IMG/VR virus record: IMGVR_UViG_3300035493_000046 | Coordinates: 1-51,109 of that record | Source: a virus | Lineage: Duplodnaviria; Caudoviricetes | Direction: 5' to 3' (one strand) | Length of the DNA: 51,109 nucleotides | Shown here: positions 1-10,679 of the stretch, one piece after another | Position numbering within the stretch: the first letter of the stretch is position 1 | How the letters are laid out: each line of letters starts with the position of its first letter | Notes under the pieces: generated by a model | Database searches by the model: none | What the model saw: only the letters and a program-made list of their open reading frames with translations | What the model was told of the DNA's origin: nothing | Position numbers and translations under genes: made by a program

Positions 1-259
1 GCGAATACTCTGATTTGGTTGAGGAATTTGAAAAGCTGAGAGGGGGAAATACGGAAGGTGTTCAAATCTCTCATATTGATAATTCTGCTTATGATAATCT
101 AATCACTAGAATGCGTAGTTCTACATTGTCACGCGAATACTCTGATTTGGTTGAGGAATTTGAAAAGCTGAGAGGGGGAAATACGGAAGGTGTTCAAATC
201 TCTCATATTGATAATTCTGCTTATGATAATCTAATCACTAGAATGCGTAGTTCTACATT
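1..259. repeat. Exact 127-bp direct duplication (1-127 = 133-259, period 132, in frame)
   Basis: Direct comparison; copies are separated by GTCAC; the translation repeats EEFEKLRGGNTEG...RMRSST. Confidence 0.95.
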
Positions 260-3008
260 CTATGTTAGAAACATTCATGCCTATTCCGACATAGTAGAAC
301 CTTTGCTTTTCGGTATGAACTTAATTCATAAATCTGAAATGAAGTTCAAGCAAGATGAAAAGTGGGAGTCTTTGTTATACCAAAGAAGAACCATTTCTGT
401 TCTTAAAAGTCTAAGACAAGACGGACAAGACACAGGGATGTCTTTGTTGCTACAACTTAACCAATTCTTGAGACAACCGTTGTGGTATACCTTAAACCAA
501 GCGGCTGTTGGTATGATTAAGTATACTGCTTCTAGTATCTGGTCATTTTTCTTCGGAAGACAGAAAAAAGCTGAGACCGTTCAAGAAAAGATATACAAAG
601 AGACCAAAAAACAGACTGATTTTATGATGACTGGTCAGATAGACCAAACTCGTGGAATCTTTCAGGAGATTAAGGATTCTGGGGTTTTTGGTATGGCGGC
701 AAAAGGGGCTGGTTCTCTTCTAGGGATTGACAGACGCACCGCACAGTTAAGAGAAAATCAGGCCTCGCTTGGACAAAAGAAAACAGGGGGGTTAACTGGA
801 TACCTTTCTTCAATGTTGTATACCGACATTGTGAGAAAAGGTCGTAAAGGTGGTATGATTGATTATGAAAAATCAGCACAAAAGGTTGAGATAATCAATG
901 CAAAACACCTTGCAGATTTAATAGCAGAAGCAATCACAGGAGAAAAGCTTGGGGTTGTCATTGAGGGAGACTTTACCGATAAGAAAGAATCGCAAGAGGA
1001 AAAGTCTTTATTCTCAAAAATGTTCAGCTTCTTGAGTTTTTCTAAAAAAGACCAAGTAGAAACCAATAACTCACTTTTGTCTAAAGTTGAAGAGCAGGAT
1101 TTTGTTTTTCATAATATTGAGTCTAACACAAGAAAATCTCACGCATTTTCAAAAGTGTCTGATACGATGTCTTTGAATGAACAAAGACGGCTCCGTTTTT
1201 TATCTGAAACGTTTTTTAAGAATGAGTTAGAGACCTCAGACCACGTAGTTCTTCACCTAAAAGAAATTAAGCACGAAATCTCTAAATTGCGGGTTGGTGG
1301 AAAAGGTAAGAGCAGTTTAGGTATATTAGAAAGTCTTGCAATTTTTTCTGTTGGTGCTATTGGTTTGTTTAAAACGGCTCTTTTTAACTTCCTCTCATTA
1401 CTGGCTAAAGGGTCAAGAGTGTTGCTTACGAAGGTTCTATTGCCTCTAGGGAAGTGGGCTTTTGGGAATATTGCAAAATACGGAAAAGTTGCATGGGATT
1501 TCGTCAAGAGTAAGTCTAAGGAATATTGGGCACTTGCGGCAGCCGCTTCTTCGAAGTTTTGGAACGTGACTAAGGAAGCATCTGCGAAATCATGGGATTT
1601 TATAAAATCTAAATCAGGGCAAGCTTGGGATGCAACTAAAAACTATTCGATCAGTGCATGGAATGCTGTTAGAGAAACAGGAAAAGGATATTGGGATTCT
1701 TTAAAATCTAGTATTGCTCAAACAGGTTTTATTGACAAGTTTAAGGATCTTTCTGACGCACTAAAACACGGAAAAGATGAACTTGCTGGGTTTATTTCAA
1801 AAGTTCCTGTTCTTGGTACTGTGATGAAAATCGGAACAGACTTTTTTAAGAAGGCTGTGGAGAAATATTCAAATCTTGAATTGAAAGAAGCGTTTGAAGA
1901 TGTTTCTAAAACCATATCTGAAACTGTTACTAATGTGGTAGCTGGCGCAACAGAAAGATTCTCGTCTGTCAGTAAAGAAGTTTCTGATGGAATAAGTGGA
2001 ATAGCTAGTGGCGTTTCTAACTTTGCTAAGATGGCATGGGATTCTTCTACTGGTTTTTTCTCAAGCTTTGGTAAAAAAGTTACAGAAGCTGTTGAATCCG
2101 TTAATACCGAAAAATTAACCAATACATTCACAGGCGCACTAAATGGTGCGATAACGGGTGCAATGGTTACAAAAAACCCTTGGGGGATTGCTGGCGGCAC
2201 AATTATTGGAGGATACTATGGCTACACTTCTAACGGTGAATCGTCTGGACAAGGAGCAATGCAGCCTTCTGCCGCTATGCCAAATGGTGCAATGCGGTCG
2301 AATATGATTGGCAGAGGAAAACGTGGAGGCGTTTCAATCCCAATGGGAGGAATTGCGAATAAAAATCCTCCAACAGAGGTAAGACAGTTTGCTAGGATAG
2401 GTTCTTTTGTGGAAAGAAATAGAGAACTTATTAAAAATTCTTTAAAAGTTGTTGCTACTGTGCTTGGTGGGATTTTTGGTATCACTAAACTCGTGAACTT
2501 TGCATGGGGTAGTAACGAGTTGATAGAGTATGCTGGTAGCGGAAAAGGGGCGGATGGGTCTGATAGAAACGTCAAGAATGTAACAGGAGACTTTGTTAAG
2601 TCTGTTTTGGCTGGTGAATATGAATGTGCATTAGACAAAGTTGACTATAATAGAGTTTTAGCTAGAAATGTTAATATTCCGCAATACTTAGAAGATACTT
2701 CCGAGTTCTTCCAGAAAAATGCAAAAATGGTGAATGACGCATATGTTGTTGCTTCCGCAAACTTGGAAGAGGCAATTAAAACTCAAAGCGAAGAAGAAAT
2801 AAAGAAATATCAAATGCAAATAGAAACTTTAAAAATTGCATACGAACAGATGAAAGTGGTGAATGACGCACTGCAAAAAACAACAGATGCGTCGGAAAGA
2901 AATGCGTTCGTCATAGAACAAGTTAGTAAAGCAATCACTTCAACAAACGCAGGCGATGGTACAGCCCACGACCTAACTACTATTAACATTTATGGTGGAG
3001 CAAACTAA
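3..3008 (+). CDS. Tape-measure-like / baseplate hub (gp29-like) protein, 5'-truncated by the window
   Basis: Long helical K/S/A/G-rich ORF with 11-residue Trp periodicity (AWDFVKSKSKEYW..KFW..KSW..QAW..SAW..GYW, about nt 1456-1700); directly upstream of baseplate genes; frame open from nt 3. Confidence 0.65.
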   Translation, partial: EYSDLVEEFEKLRGGNTEGVQISHIDNSAYDNLITRMRSSTLSREYSDLVEEFEKLRGGNTEGVQISHIDNSAYDNLITRMRSSTFYVRNIHAYSDIVEPLLFGMNLIHKSEMKFKQDEKWESLLYQRRTISVLKSLRQDGQDTGMSLLLQLNQFLRQPLWYTLNQAAVGMIKYTASSIWSFFFGRQKKAETVQEKIYKETKKQTDFMMTGQIDQTRGIFQEIKDSGVFGMAAKGAGSLLGIDRRTAQLRENQASLGQKKTGGLTGYLSSMLYTDIVRKGRKGGMIDYEKSAQKVEIINAKHLADLIAEAITGEKLGVVIEGDFTDKKESQEEKSLFSKMFSFLSFSKKDQVETNNSLLSKVEEQDFVFHNIESNTRKSHAFSKVSDTMSLNEQRRLRFLSETFFKNELETSDHVVLHLKEIKHEISKLRVGGKGKSSLGILESLAIFSVGAIGLFKTALFNFLSLLAKGSRVLLTKVLLPLGKWAFGNIAKYGKVAWDFVKSKSKEYWALAAAASSKFWNVTKEASAKSWDFIKSKSGQAWDATKNYSISAWNAVRETGKGYWDSLKSSIAQTGFIDKFKDLSDALKHGKDELAGFISKVPVLGTVMKIGTDFFKKAVEKYSNLELKEAFEDVSKTISETVTNVVAGATERFSSVSKEVSDGISGIASGVSNFAKMAWDSSTGFFSSFGKKVTEAVESVNTEKLTNTFTGALNGAITGAMVTKNPWGIAGGTIIGGYYGYTSNGESSGQGAMQPSAAMPNGAMRSNMIGRGKRGGVSIPMGGIANKNPPTEVRQFARIGSFVERNRELIKNSLKVVATVLGGIFGITKLVNFAWGSNELIEYAGSGKGADGSDRNVKNVTGDFVKSVLAGEYECALDKVDYNRVLARNVNIPQYLEDTSEFFQKNAKMVNDAYVVASANLEEAIKTQSEEEIKKYQMQIETLKIAYEQMKVVNDALQKTTDASERNAFVIEQVSKAITSTNAGDGTAHDLTTINIYGGAN

Positions 3009-3010
3009 TC

Positions 3011-3769
3011 ATGGCTGAAAAGCTAACATATATTGAACAAAATACGTTACCCGAACAAAGAGTTACATTAACTCAAATATCAGGAACTACAAGTATGAAG
3101 GTTAGTGCGGCATTGCCAGATAACTTTGGTATGACTGTTGGTTCTGAGTTTGCTTCTCCATTTGATACGGGTAGCATAAACCAAAAAATGTCAAAGTTAT
3201 TGTTTTTGGCAAATATACCACAAAAAGCTGCGCTTCGAATGAGAAAAATGTATTCCAACCCAACCCCAACGGAAATATCATTTGATATGGAATTCACATC
3301 TCACTATGATGCAAAGTATGAGGTTGTATATCAAGTTCTAAAGCTTATGGCAATGAGTGTTGGCAGACAGCTTCAGTGGGCTGAGATGAAAAGAAGAATT
3401 GAATCTTTTTTAGAAAAAGGTCAAGAAATTGCGGCAGGGGGTTTAGAAATTATCGGAGCGGAGGATGATGCTCGTGCAATCCAGTTAAGTGCTCCCGATG
3501 TTAATGAAGCAAACTTTTCTAAGGTTACTGACCTTTTTAACCTTTTACAAGGACCTCCTACATCAAGACTACAATTTGGGAGAACTATTGATATTCCTGA
3601 TTGTTTCGTAACATCTGTTGCATCAAAGTTCTCGAATGTTCTTGATGTTAATGGCTATCCGACATCTGCTGTTTGTTCGGTCACGGTAACACCACAAACA
3701 CCTCCAGTAATGGAAGATATAGAAAGCTATTTTAGTGGAAGAATTAATCAGAATTCTTCAAGGGGTTAA
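3011..3769 (+). CDS. Putative tail tube initiator/cap (gp48/gp54-like)
   Basis: Sits between tape measure and gp53; tube-fold-like C-terminus (PP..LQFG....DCFVTSV..FS..LD.NGYP). Confidence 0.5.
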   Translation: MAEKLTYIEQNTLPEQRVTLTQISGTTSMKVSAALPDNFGMTVGSEFASPFDTGSINQKMSKLLFLANIPQKAALRMRKMYSNPTPTEISFDMEFTSHYDAKYEVVYQVLKLMAMSVGRQLQWAEMKRRIESFLEKGQEIAAGGLEIIGAEDDARAIQLSAPDVNEANFSKVTDLFNLLQGPPTSRLQFGRTIDIPDCFVTSVASKFSNVLDVNGYPTSAVCSVTVTPQTPPVMEDIESYFSGRINQNSSRG

Positions 3770-3771
3770 TA

Positions 3772-4083
3772 ATGAGTTTAGAAGAAAGAAAAAGGTTATA
3801 TGATGTGGCGGTTGTTGATGGTAATCGTGAACTCGACTTATTAAAAACTAGCATAACATCAATGAACCTAAGAACCATAGATAAATATAGAATAACCGCA
3901 GCCACTGCTAATCGACCTGATTTAATCGCCAATATGTATTATGGTAATTATAACTTGGGGTGGCTGATACATATTCAAAATGATATTCTTGATCCTTTAA
4001 CTGAATATTATATAGGTAGAGTTATAGATATTCCATCAATAGACGATTACTATAGACATTATAACAGAAACGCAAGAAGATAA
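3772..4083 (+). CDS. Baseplate wedge gp53-like (LysM-type)
   Basis: RPDLIANMYYG..LGWLI..N.I.DP...GRVIDIPS motif. Confidence 0.8.
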   Translation: MSLEERKRLYDVAVVDGNRELDLLKTSITSMNLRTIDKYRITAATANRPDLIANMYYGNYNLGWLIHIQNDILDPLTEYYIGRVIDIPSIDDYYRHYNRNARR

Positions 4084-4084
4084 T

Positions 4085-5350
4085 ATGCAAACAATTTTTG
4101 AGAGAATTCATACAAGGGTTGATTCCGTAGATGGAAGAGGGGATTTGTTCCTTCGCCTTGAAGCAGAAAATCAATCACCATTGGCAATGGTTAAGCCAAT
4201 CAATGCCACGATTTTTGAGGGATTCTCTTTTGCATCTCCTGTCATCACCGTAACATTTGTCGATGGTATTGGTATCTACTTCAACGTAGAGAAGATTAAA
4301 ATATCAGAAACCTTTTATCTTTCTATTGGAAAATCTCAACAGGATTCTAATCAGATTCCTGTTAAGATTGCTAATATCGCATTAGACTCATCTCAAATGG
4401 GAACAACCGCCCAGATTTCTTATAAGATTACTTTTGTTCATCAGAACTGGAATGAACTAATCAATAAAAGAAGAAATCGTGGTTGGTCCAATGTAAGATA
4501 CTCTGATATTGTGAGTGAAATTGCAAGCGAGTGTGGATTTTCTGATATAGACGTAGAAACGTCAAGAAACGTTCATCCTTCCATTATTCAACCATATTGG
4601 GACAATGTATCATTTCTAAGATTTATACAGCGTCATGCGGTTTCTAATAAGTTTGATGACCACTTTGAGTTTGGTTGTGATATTAATAATCGGTTCTTCT
4701 TTAAAACTGTGTCTGCTATGATTGAAGAACAGAAACCAAAAACTATGAGCAATCAGACTAGAACATTTGTTTTGGAAAGTAGAAACACCCCATCTCTGGA
4801 AGATTCAAGTGAAACATTCTTTGCCGCATTTAAATCTAATGAATTCTATATGGATTCTGTTTTAAGTGGAGCGGGTGGGGTTAATGCTATGCACTATGAT
4901 TGGAATAAAGGGCAATTTATCTCTAAGAATGTTACCTTGTCTGATTCTAATGCACTTATGCTATCAGATAATTACTCAATCCATACATCAAACGAAGTAT
5001 CAAACAAAAGAGTATTTTGTGGCAGAGTTGATGGTTTTGCTGAATCAACTGGAGTTGTTTCTTCGGTTGCATTATCTAATAACCAGTTCACCATTACCAT
5101 TGAGGGTGATAGAACACTAAACATTGGGCAAGTTGTTGAACTTATTATTAAACCTGATAATGAGTTTATAAAAGAACCAGTGTCTGAACTTTATTCTGGG
5201 TTTTATGTTATTGCTTCCATAAATCATATTGTCGCCTTGGATGAAACCAATAAACATATTACAGTTATTGATGTAGCTAGACAAGGTTATGATTCAAAAG
5301 AAATTGATGGATATGCTGTGTCTAAGTTAGGAAAGTTCACGAATGTATAA
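4085..5350 (+). CDS. Baseplate hub protein (gp27/gpD-like)
   Basis: Immediately before gp5; YSDIV..IA, IEGD..LNIGQVV and YSGFYVIASINH hub motifs. Confidence 0.7.
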   Translation: MQTIFERIHTRVDSVDGRGDLFLRLEAENQSPLAMVKPINATIFEGFSFASPVITVTFVDGIGIYFNVEKIKISETFYLSIGKSQQDSNQIPVKIANIALDSSQMGTTAQISYKITFVHQNWNELINKRRNRGWSNVRYSDIVSEIASECGFSDIDVETSRNVHPSIIQPYWDNVSFLRFIQRHAVSNKFDDHFEFGCDINNRFFFKTVSAMIEEQKPKTMSNQTRTFVLESRNTPSLEDSSETFFAAFKSNEFYMDSVLSGAGGVNAMHYDWNKGQFISKNVTLSDSNALMLSDNYSIHTSNEVSNKRVFCGRVDGFAESTGVVSSVALSNNQFTITIEGDRTLNIGQVVELIIKPDNEFIKEPVSELYSGFYVIASINHIVALDETNKHITVIDVARQGYDSKEIDGYAVSKLGKFTNV

Positions 5351-6011
5351 TCATACAGCCGATAAGAAAAAGAATGATTTTAAGTTTCATGGAAACTATC
5401 GTGGAGTTGTGGTTGATGACCAAGACCCATTGCGCAGCGGTAGGGTCAAGATTAGGGTTTTTGGAATCTATGATAATGTTCCAAACGAAGCCTTACCTTG
5501 GGCTATCTATTCTGACCCTTTTATGGGAGGTCAGGTTGGCTTTGGTGGATTTCTTATCCCCGATGTTGGTAATCATGTTTGGGTCTTCTTTGAGAATGGC
5601 GATCATCATCAGCCAGTCTATTTTGCGGGAGCACCATTCAAGGATGCCCACCCGAAAGAACGATTAGAATCTGATCATGAAGAAAATCGTGGAAGTATTT
5701 CGTATCCAAGAAACAAATCATTAAGAACTAAATCAGGTCATGTTATTGAGATTGACGATACAGAGGGAAACTCAAGAATAACCATAATCCATAAGTCTGG
5801 TACACAAATAACTTATCAAGATAATGGCGATGTGTATGAACATATCGTTGGCAATGTTAAAAGAGTCATTGATGGTAATGTTGTTGAGAATATTGGTGGC
5901 AACGTAACTCAGTCTGTTGGTGGTAATGTTGTTGAAACGGTTGGTGGAAATAAGAATGTAACCGTAACAGGAAACATTATCGTTCGAGGCAAAACCATCG
6001 AGTTAAACTAA
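5343..6011 (+). CDS. Baseplate central spike gp5-like (OB fold + beta-helix, no lysozyme domain)
   Basis: YRGVVVDDQDPLRSGRVKIRV, P.VG..VWVFFENGD..QP, TKSGHVIEIDDT and 8-residue V.GN repeats. Confidence 0.9.
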   Translation: MYNHTADKKKNDFKFHGNYRGVVVDDQDPLRSGRVKIRVFGIYDNVPNEALPWAIYSDPFMGGQVGFGGFLIPDVGNHVWVFFENGDHHQPVYFAGAPFKDAHPKERLESDHEENRGSISYPRNKSLRTKSGHVIEIDDTEGNSRITIIHKSGTQITYQDNGDVYEHIVGNVKRVIDGNVVENIGGNVTQSVGGNVVETVGGNKNVTVTGNIIVRGKTIELN

Positions 6012-6030
6012 AAATCCGCATTTCTCCTTT

Positions 6031-6038
6031 TATAAATA
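6031..6038 (+). promoter_or_regulatory. T4-type late promoter within a hairpin (6020-6057) that sequesters the gp25 Shine-Dalgarno
   Basis: TATAAATA; ATTTCTCCTTTTAT (6020-6033) is the reverse complement of ATAAAAGGAGAAAT (6044-6057). Confidence 0.8.
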
Positions 6039-6063
6039 CAAGCATAAAAGGAGAAATTCTAAA

Positions 6064-6450
6064 ATGCGTGATTATACATATTCAGACTTTGATTCAAAGC
6101 TAAGTCTAATGCGAAGTGGAAACATCAAAATCAATTATGATGAAGATGCTATAATCCAATCTATCCGTCATATCATGGCTACTGTTAAAGGTGAACGTGT
6201 TCGTTCTGATTTCGGTGGTGGGATTGTTCGTTTTCTTTTTGAACCCATCTCTGCTGATACGGCTGATATGATTAGGCATAATATTATTCAAGTTATTACG
6301 AATTTCGAACCAAGGGTTGAAGTGAGACAAGTCATTGTTAATCCAGACCCAGACACCAATACATACGGCGTGTCAATTGACCTTTATATAACAGAACTCG
6401 CACGAAGAAAAATTTTTGAAACTCGCTTACAATCATTCTTACAGAACTAG
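6064..6450 (+). CDS. Baseplate wedge gp25-like
   Basis: AIIQSIRHIMATVKGER..DFG...FLFEP....I.NFEPRV. Confidence 0.9.
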   Translation: MRDYTYSDFDSKLSLMRSGNIKINYDEDAIIQSIRHIMATVKGERVRSDFGGGIVRFLFEPISADTADMIRHNIIQVITNFEPRVEVRQVIVNPDPDTNTYGVSIDLYITELARRKIFETRLQSFLQN

Positions 6451-6465
6451 GGAATAAAAATTATT

Positions 6466-8925
6466 ATGAAAGACTTTACAAAATACGAATTCCAAGAAAG
6501 ACTAGAGAGGATGACTGAACTGCTGAAAGACGCAGAAGGTTGGGGTGATGCGTATGAGTCATCTACAGGTCAAACTCTTATTCAGCTAATGACTCATGTA
6601 ACTGATGAACTTCACTATATGTTACAGAGAAGAACATTAGAAACATATCTAGAAACTGCTTCCTTGCGTTCTTCTGTTATTGCCCGTGCCTGTGAGTTGG
6701 GTTATAGATTTAAACGTGCTAAGGCCAATCGTGGCACGATTAAAATCGCATTAGAATCTCCACTATCCAGTGAAATAATCATCCCTGCATTCACGCAATT
6801 TGAAAGTGATGGTCTATACTACACTAACACCGAAACGGTCATAATTCCTATTGGTGAAACTGAGGTTAGCTTTGTTGTTAAGCAAGGTTCACTTGTTAAT
6901 GAATCACGAGATTTGCAGAATGGAATTGTAACCTTATCAGACTATGAGTTGATTGATAATGATAATATTCTCGTTAATACAACACATGGACAATACCTTG
7001 ATGTCAGAACACAATCTGATGTCAATAAAAGAGCATTGTCGTTTTTAGACCCATTAGAAAAATTCTATGACATTAAATACAGTGTCAATGGGATGTGCAT
7101 TGTTTTTGGTGATAACTTTCAAGGAAGAAGACCTGAATCACCCATTGAGTTGACTTATGTTAGAGTTGATCCAAATATTGAAGAAATCAGCAGCATTGGT
7201 AATGAGTTTAACTTGGTAGATGTTATCAGCGGATTAACTGGAAATACCTTTACCATAACTAACACAACACGCATCATTAATGGTTCTTCTCCTGAGTCTA
7301 ATGATTCTATTCGAAGAAATGCTTCTGACTATCATAGAACCAATGGACGTGCTGTAACCAATTCTGATTATAACTTTTGGATGCAAGAAATTGATGGGAT
7401 TGATATTGTTGATGCAAAAACATTTGGTGAAGACGAAATCCGTTCACTTATCTATAATCTGAATAATGTGTACATAACTTACCTAAAAGAAGATGGTGAG
7501 AAATTCACCACACAAGAACTTCAGATTGTAAGAGAATATATGGATACCGTAAAGACCTCCCAGGCGCATTTGGTGTTCTTTCCTGCAAATATCCTTGATC
7601 TTCAATTGATTGCTGATGTTAGAAAGGCAAAAAATGTTCCACTCTCTAATGAAGAATTTTATGATCGTCTGTATATGTTCTTTACTGATTACTTCAAAAT
7701 GAGAAAGGGTTCTATTGGTGGAGAATGCCAAAGTTCTGATATTGTTTCTGACTTGTATAAGGTTACATTTGACCGTAATAACCTGACTTATCCTTTAATT
7801 GATTTTGTTAAATTGAAGATTAAGGGAGTGTTACCTTTAAGCTTTCCTATTAAAACGCAAGAAGCTGAGATAATTATAGACCGTTCTTACGCACCAACAC
7901 AGGATGATTCTTTTGTTTTAATATTCGATACATACCCTATACAGGTTGTGATTGATGAAACTGATAATATCAGTGACATTCTGTTAAAGATGCGTTCCGA
8001 GATTATTTCAAATGTTAGAGTATCAGCACAGGTATTAATCAATAACATTGTCTATGATTACAGCGGAAACCCTATTCAAACAGAAAACGTTGACTTTGGG
8101 TTTATAGGAAACTTGACCTCACCTATTAATAATGACTCTACCACATTCAGAATAACATTTGATAGTGGGGTTAAGACTGAGTTTTTCTATTATGGAAAGA
8201 TGGCAGGCAAAAAGCCACCATTCCCTGTATTCGATGGATCAGTTGTAAATATCACCGCACCCAATGATACAGATGTTGCCATTTATTTTAGAACTGTTGT
8301 TAATGATGAAACTACAGAAACACTTTTGACCACTCTATCACAAGGACAAACCTACAATAATACATTCGACGAAGAAGGTTTTATTGTTTACGATTTTATC
8401 GATGATTCTTCTTTTGATGCTGTGTCTTATGTGCAACACCAAAGCATTGACCTTTTTGACTTTGTGTTAAAAGTGAGTAGTAATGATAGATTCAATAGTT
8501 TCTCGATCAACAGTGAGAGTGGAGATTTAGCTAGTTTTGTTAAAGTATATAACACCTTCTCTCTTGCAAATAAATTGAGTGAATCAATTGGTGTAAACGT
8601 AAACCAAAACATCGATGCGGTTAATTTACTTCTTCCTAAGAGTATTGAATTCTATGATGTAGATGGAAACTCTGTATTTGTGGATAATGGTGAAGGAAAA
8701 TTTATCGATTCTAATGGGGATATTGTTAATGGTGTAACCGTATCTTATAAAAGTTCATTTTTGGTGATAGATAACGATTTCGCACAGAATAATTACACTG
8801 TTACTTTTAGTCAAGATGAATTTGATAATATGGTGGTTGATGATGCAACAGCAATGCGACTCATCGAACCTAAACCTGATTTTTACTATACAGAAGAAAG
8901 TATGTCGGTAATTAGGATAGTTTAA
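6466..8925 (+). CDS. Baseplate wedge gp6-like
   Basis: ETYLETASLRSSVIARA..LGY, VFGD..G..P, ESNDSIRRNA and RAVT..DY motifs. Confidence 0.85.
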   Translation: MKDFTKYEFQERLERMTELLKDAEGWGDAYESSTGQTLIQLMTHVTDELHYMLQRRTLETYLETASLRSSVIARACELGYRFKRAKANRGTIKIALESPLSSEIIIPAFTQFESDGLYYTNTETVIIPIGETEVSFVVKQGSLVNESRDLQNGIVTLSDYELIDNDNILVNTTHGQYLDVRTQSDVNKRALSFLDPLEKFYDIKYSVNGMCIVFGDNFQGRRPESPIELTYVRVDPNIEEISSIGNEFNLVDVISGLTGNTFTITNTTRIINGSSPESNDSIRRNASDYHRTNGRAVTNSDYNFWMQEIDGIDIVDAKTFGEDEIRSLIYNLNNVYITYLKEDGEKFTTQELQIVREYMDTVKTSQAHLVFFPANILDLQLIADVRKAKNVPLSNEEFYDRLYMFFTDYFKMRKGSIGGECQSSDIVSDLYKVTFDRNNLTYPLIDFVKLKIKGVLPLSFPIKTQEAEIIIDRSYAPTQDDSFVLIFDTYPIQVVIDETDNISDILLKMRSEIISNVRVSAQVLINNIVYDYSGNPIQTENVDFGFIGNLTSPINNDSTTFRITFDSGVKTEFFYYGKMAGKKPPFPVFDGSVVNITAPNDTDVAIYFRTVVNDETTETLLTTLSQGQTYNNTFDEEGFIVYDFIDDSSFDAVSYVQHQSIDLFDFVLKVSSNDRFNSFSINSESGDLASFVKVYNTFSLANKLSESIGVNVNQNIDAVNLLLPKSIEFYDVDGNSVFVDNGEGKFIDSNGDIVNGVTVSYKSSFLVIDNDFAQNNYTVTFSQDEFDNMVVDDATAMRLIEPKPDFYYTEESMSVIRIV

Positions 8926-10679
8926 TGAATTCTATTAAGGATTATCTAAAGAGTAGTATCCCTGAGTTTCAACAATCAGGTGAGATGCTTAATAGTTTCT
9001 TGGACGCAGGAGGAGAATTCCTTGATGAAATCAAAGAAGCTATTGAGAGTTTTTCAGACTCAAAGGATTGGCACAATGGAACGGTTTATAGTGTAGAGAA
9101 GACCCTTATAGAAAGAGGGTCTGAACTTCCTGCTAATCTAAAAAACGATTCAAAACGAAAGTATCTTAGAGATGTTTCTGAAATCATTATCAAGAGTGGT
9201 ACAGAAGATTCAATAAGACACGCATTGAAGCTTATCGGGTTTGACTCAACCATTAATAAGGCATGGATTCAGAATCCTGAGTTTCTTAATCGTGGTCTGA
9301 TTAAAAATATAAAGACTGGCGAAATATATTCATCAAATATTGGAAAATATTTTTTCTTAGATATGGTGTATGGTGATGCTCACGTAACACCCGATGGTAC
9401 ATTCTTTAGTGGAAAAGATTATTTTGAGATATTCGATGATGAAAATACCATTACCAATATTCCCATTGTTGGGGAATCGTATGATGGGATTCAGATTCAG
9501 ACAAACAGTGTTGGTTCAACCCCTTATGTGCTAGTTCAACTCGAAGGTGGAGATTTTAGCGTAGATGTTGCTGAATATTATTCCCCCGAAACTGGTAGGT
9601 CTTATACTTATTCTGTTGATGAACGTGTTGCGTTGATTGACGATATTGTTAATTTCTTCATCTCAGGAAAAGGAAGACCCACAACCGTTAGAGTGATAAT
9701 TATTGTTGCTTATCATTATATTGAAGATGAAATTATCATTGAAGAAGAATATGAAGAAATTCATACCTACACATCAGACGGCGATGATGATTTAGATGAA
9801 ATTATTAGTCTAACTAGCAATCTTCCAAAAATAGGAACGGTAAGTGTTGGAACTGCGCCTATAGGGACTAACCTAATCGTTGGAAACCAATCTCCATTTG
9901 CACACCAACTTTCAATAATAGAATCGGTTAACGTTGGGTTGCTTCCAACTATTATTGACAAGCAATCTGCATTTATTGATGAAGATGGAAATTTGCTACG
10001 GTATTATGACTTAACCTTCTCAAACGAGATTGTTGGGGATGATGGGGATTATAAAGCAGACGTTGATCCAAATGTTGTAGAGCAAGCATCTGTAACGGAT
10101 GATGGGGATTTGGTTGTAGATTATACCGAAACCTATCTTGAAACGCCACAGCAATTTTTCCTTGAACAGATGATTTGGAAAGAAAGCCAACATGAGATTG
10201 ATGTTTGGTTATGTGTTGGTGATGTATCAAAACAGCCAGTGGAGTTCATGTTAGAAAATGGAAATCTGATTGCTGTTATTGATGCAGATGATAATATCAT
10301 TCAAAACATTAGAATGCAAGGCGATGATTTGTTGATCGATTATGACGAAACTAACGAGTTTTTTAAATCATTATCACTAAATTCAACAGGCAATGCAATT
10401 TTAGAATATTCTCGCATATATCCATATATTCCAACTAGACCGTTGATGGAAATAAGTTTTATAAATACAAGTAACACACAACTTAAAGTCTTTACTGCAA
10501 ATAATGATATTAATGGCAACAAGGTTGATAATTTTATTGGTGTTGTTGACATTGGTGAACATTTTAACTATGAAACAACCCCATTCCACCATTTCATAAA
10601 GATTCTTCCTAACACAATAGAAGAAGATTCAATAGGTGTTACTTTTAAATATAATGAATTTGTACAGGAGATTCCTTAA
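8925..10679 (+). CDS. Baseplate wedge gp7-like protein
   Basis: Follows gp6; KSGTEDSIRHALKLIGF and RP.TVRV motifs; acidic C-terminus with repeated DxxGxL.. hairpins. Confidence 0.55.
   Translation: MNSIKDYLKSSIPEFQQSGEMLNSFLDAGGEFLDEIKEAIESFSDSKDWHNGTVYSVEKTLIERGSELPANLKNDSKRKYLRDVSEIIIKSGTEDSIRHALKLIGFDSTINKAWIQNPEFLNRGLIKNIKTGEIYSSNIGKYFFLDMVYGDAHVTPDGTFFSGKDYFEIFDDENTITNIPIVGESYDGIQIQTNSVGSTPYVLVQLEGGDFSVDVAEYYSPETGRSYTYSVDERVALIDDIVNFFISGKGRPTTVRVIIIVAYHYIEDEIIIEEEYEEIHTYTSDGDDDLDEIISLTSNLPKIGTVSVGTAPIGTNLIVGNQSPFAHQLSIIESVNVGLLPTIIDKQSAFIDEDGNLLRYYDLTFSNEIVGDDGDYKADVDPNVVEQASVTDDGDLVVDYTETYLETPQQFFLEQMIWKESQHEIDVWLCVGDVSKQPVEFMLENGNLIAVIDADDNIIQNIRMQGDDLLIDYDETNEFFKSLSLNSTGNAILEYSRIYPYIPTRPLMEISFINTSNTQLKVFTANNDINGNKVDNFIGVVDIGEHFNYETTPFHHFIKILPNTIEEDSIGVTFKYNEFVQEIP
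10460..10467 (+). promoter_or_regulatory. Putative T4-type late promoter (intragenic)
   Basis: TATAAATA about 210 nt before the next start. Confidence 0.4.

Noticed and set aside
5343-6063. Missing lysozyme domain and adjacent PAAR gene for gp5
   Set aside because: Common in non-T4 myoviruses; the gene may lie elsewhere in the genome
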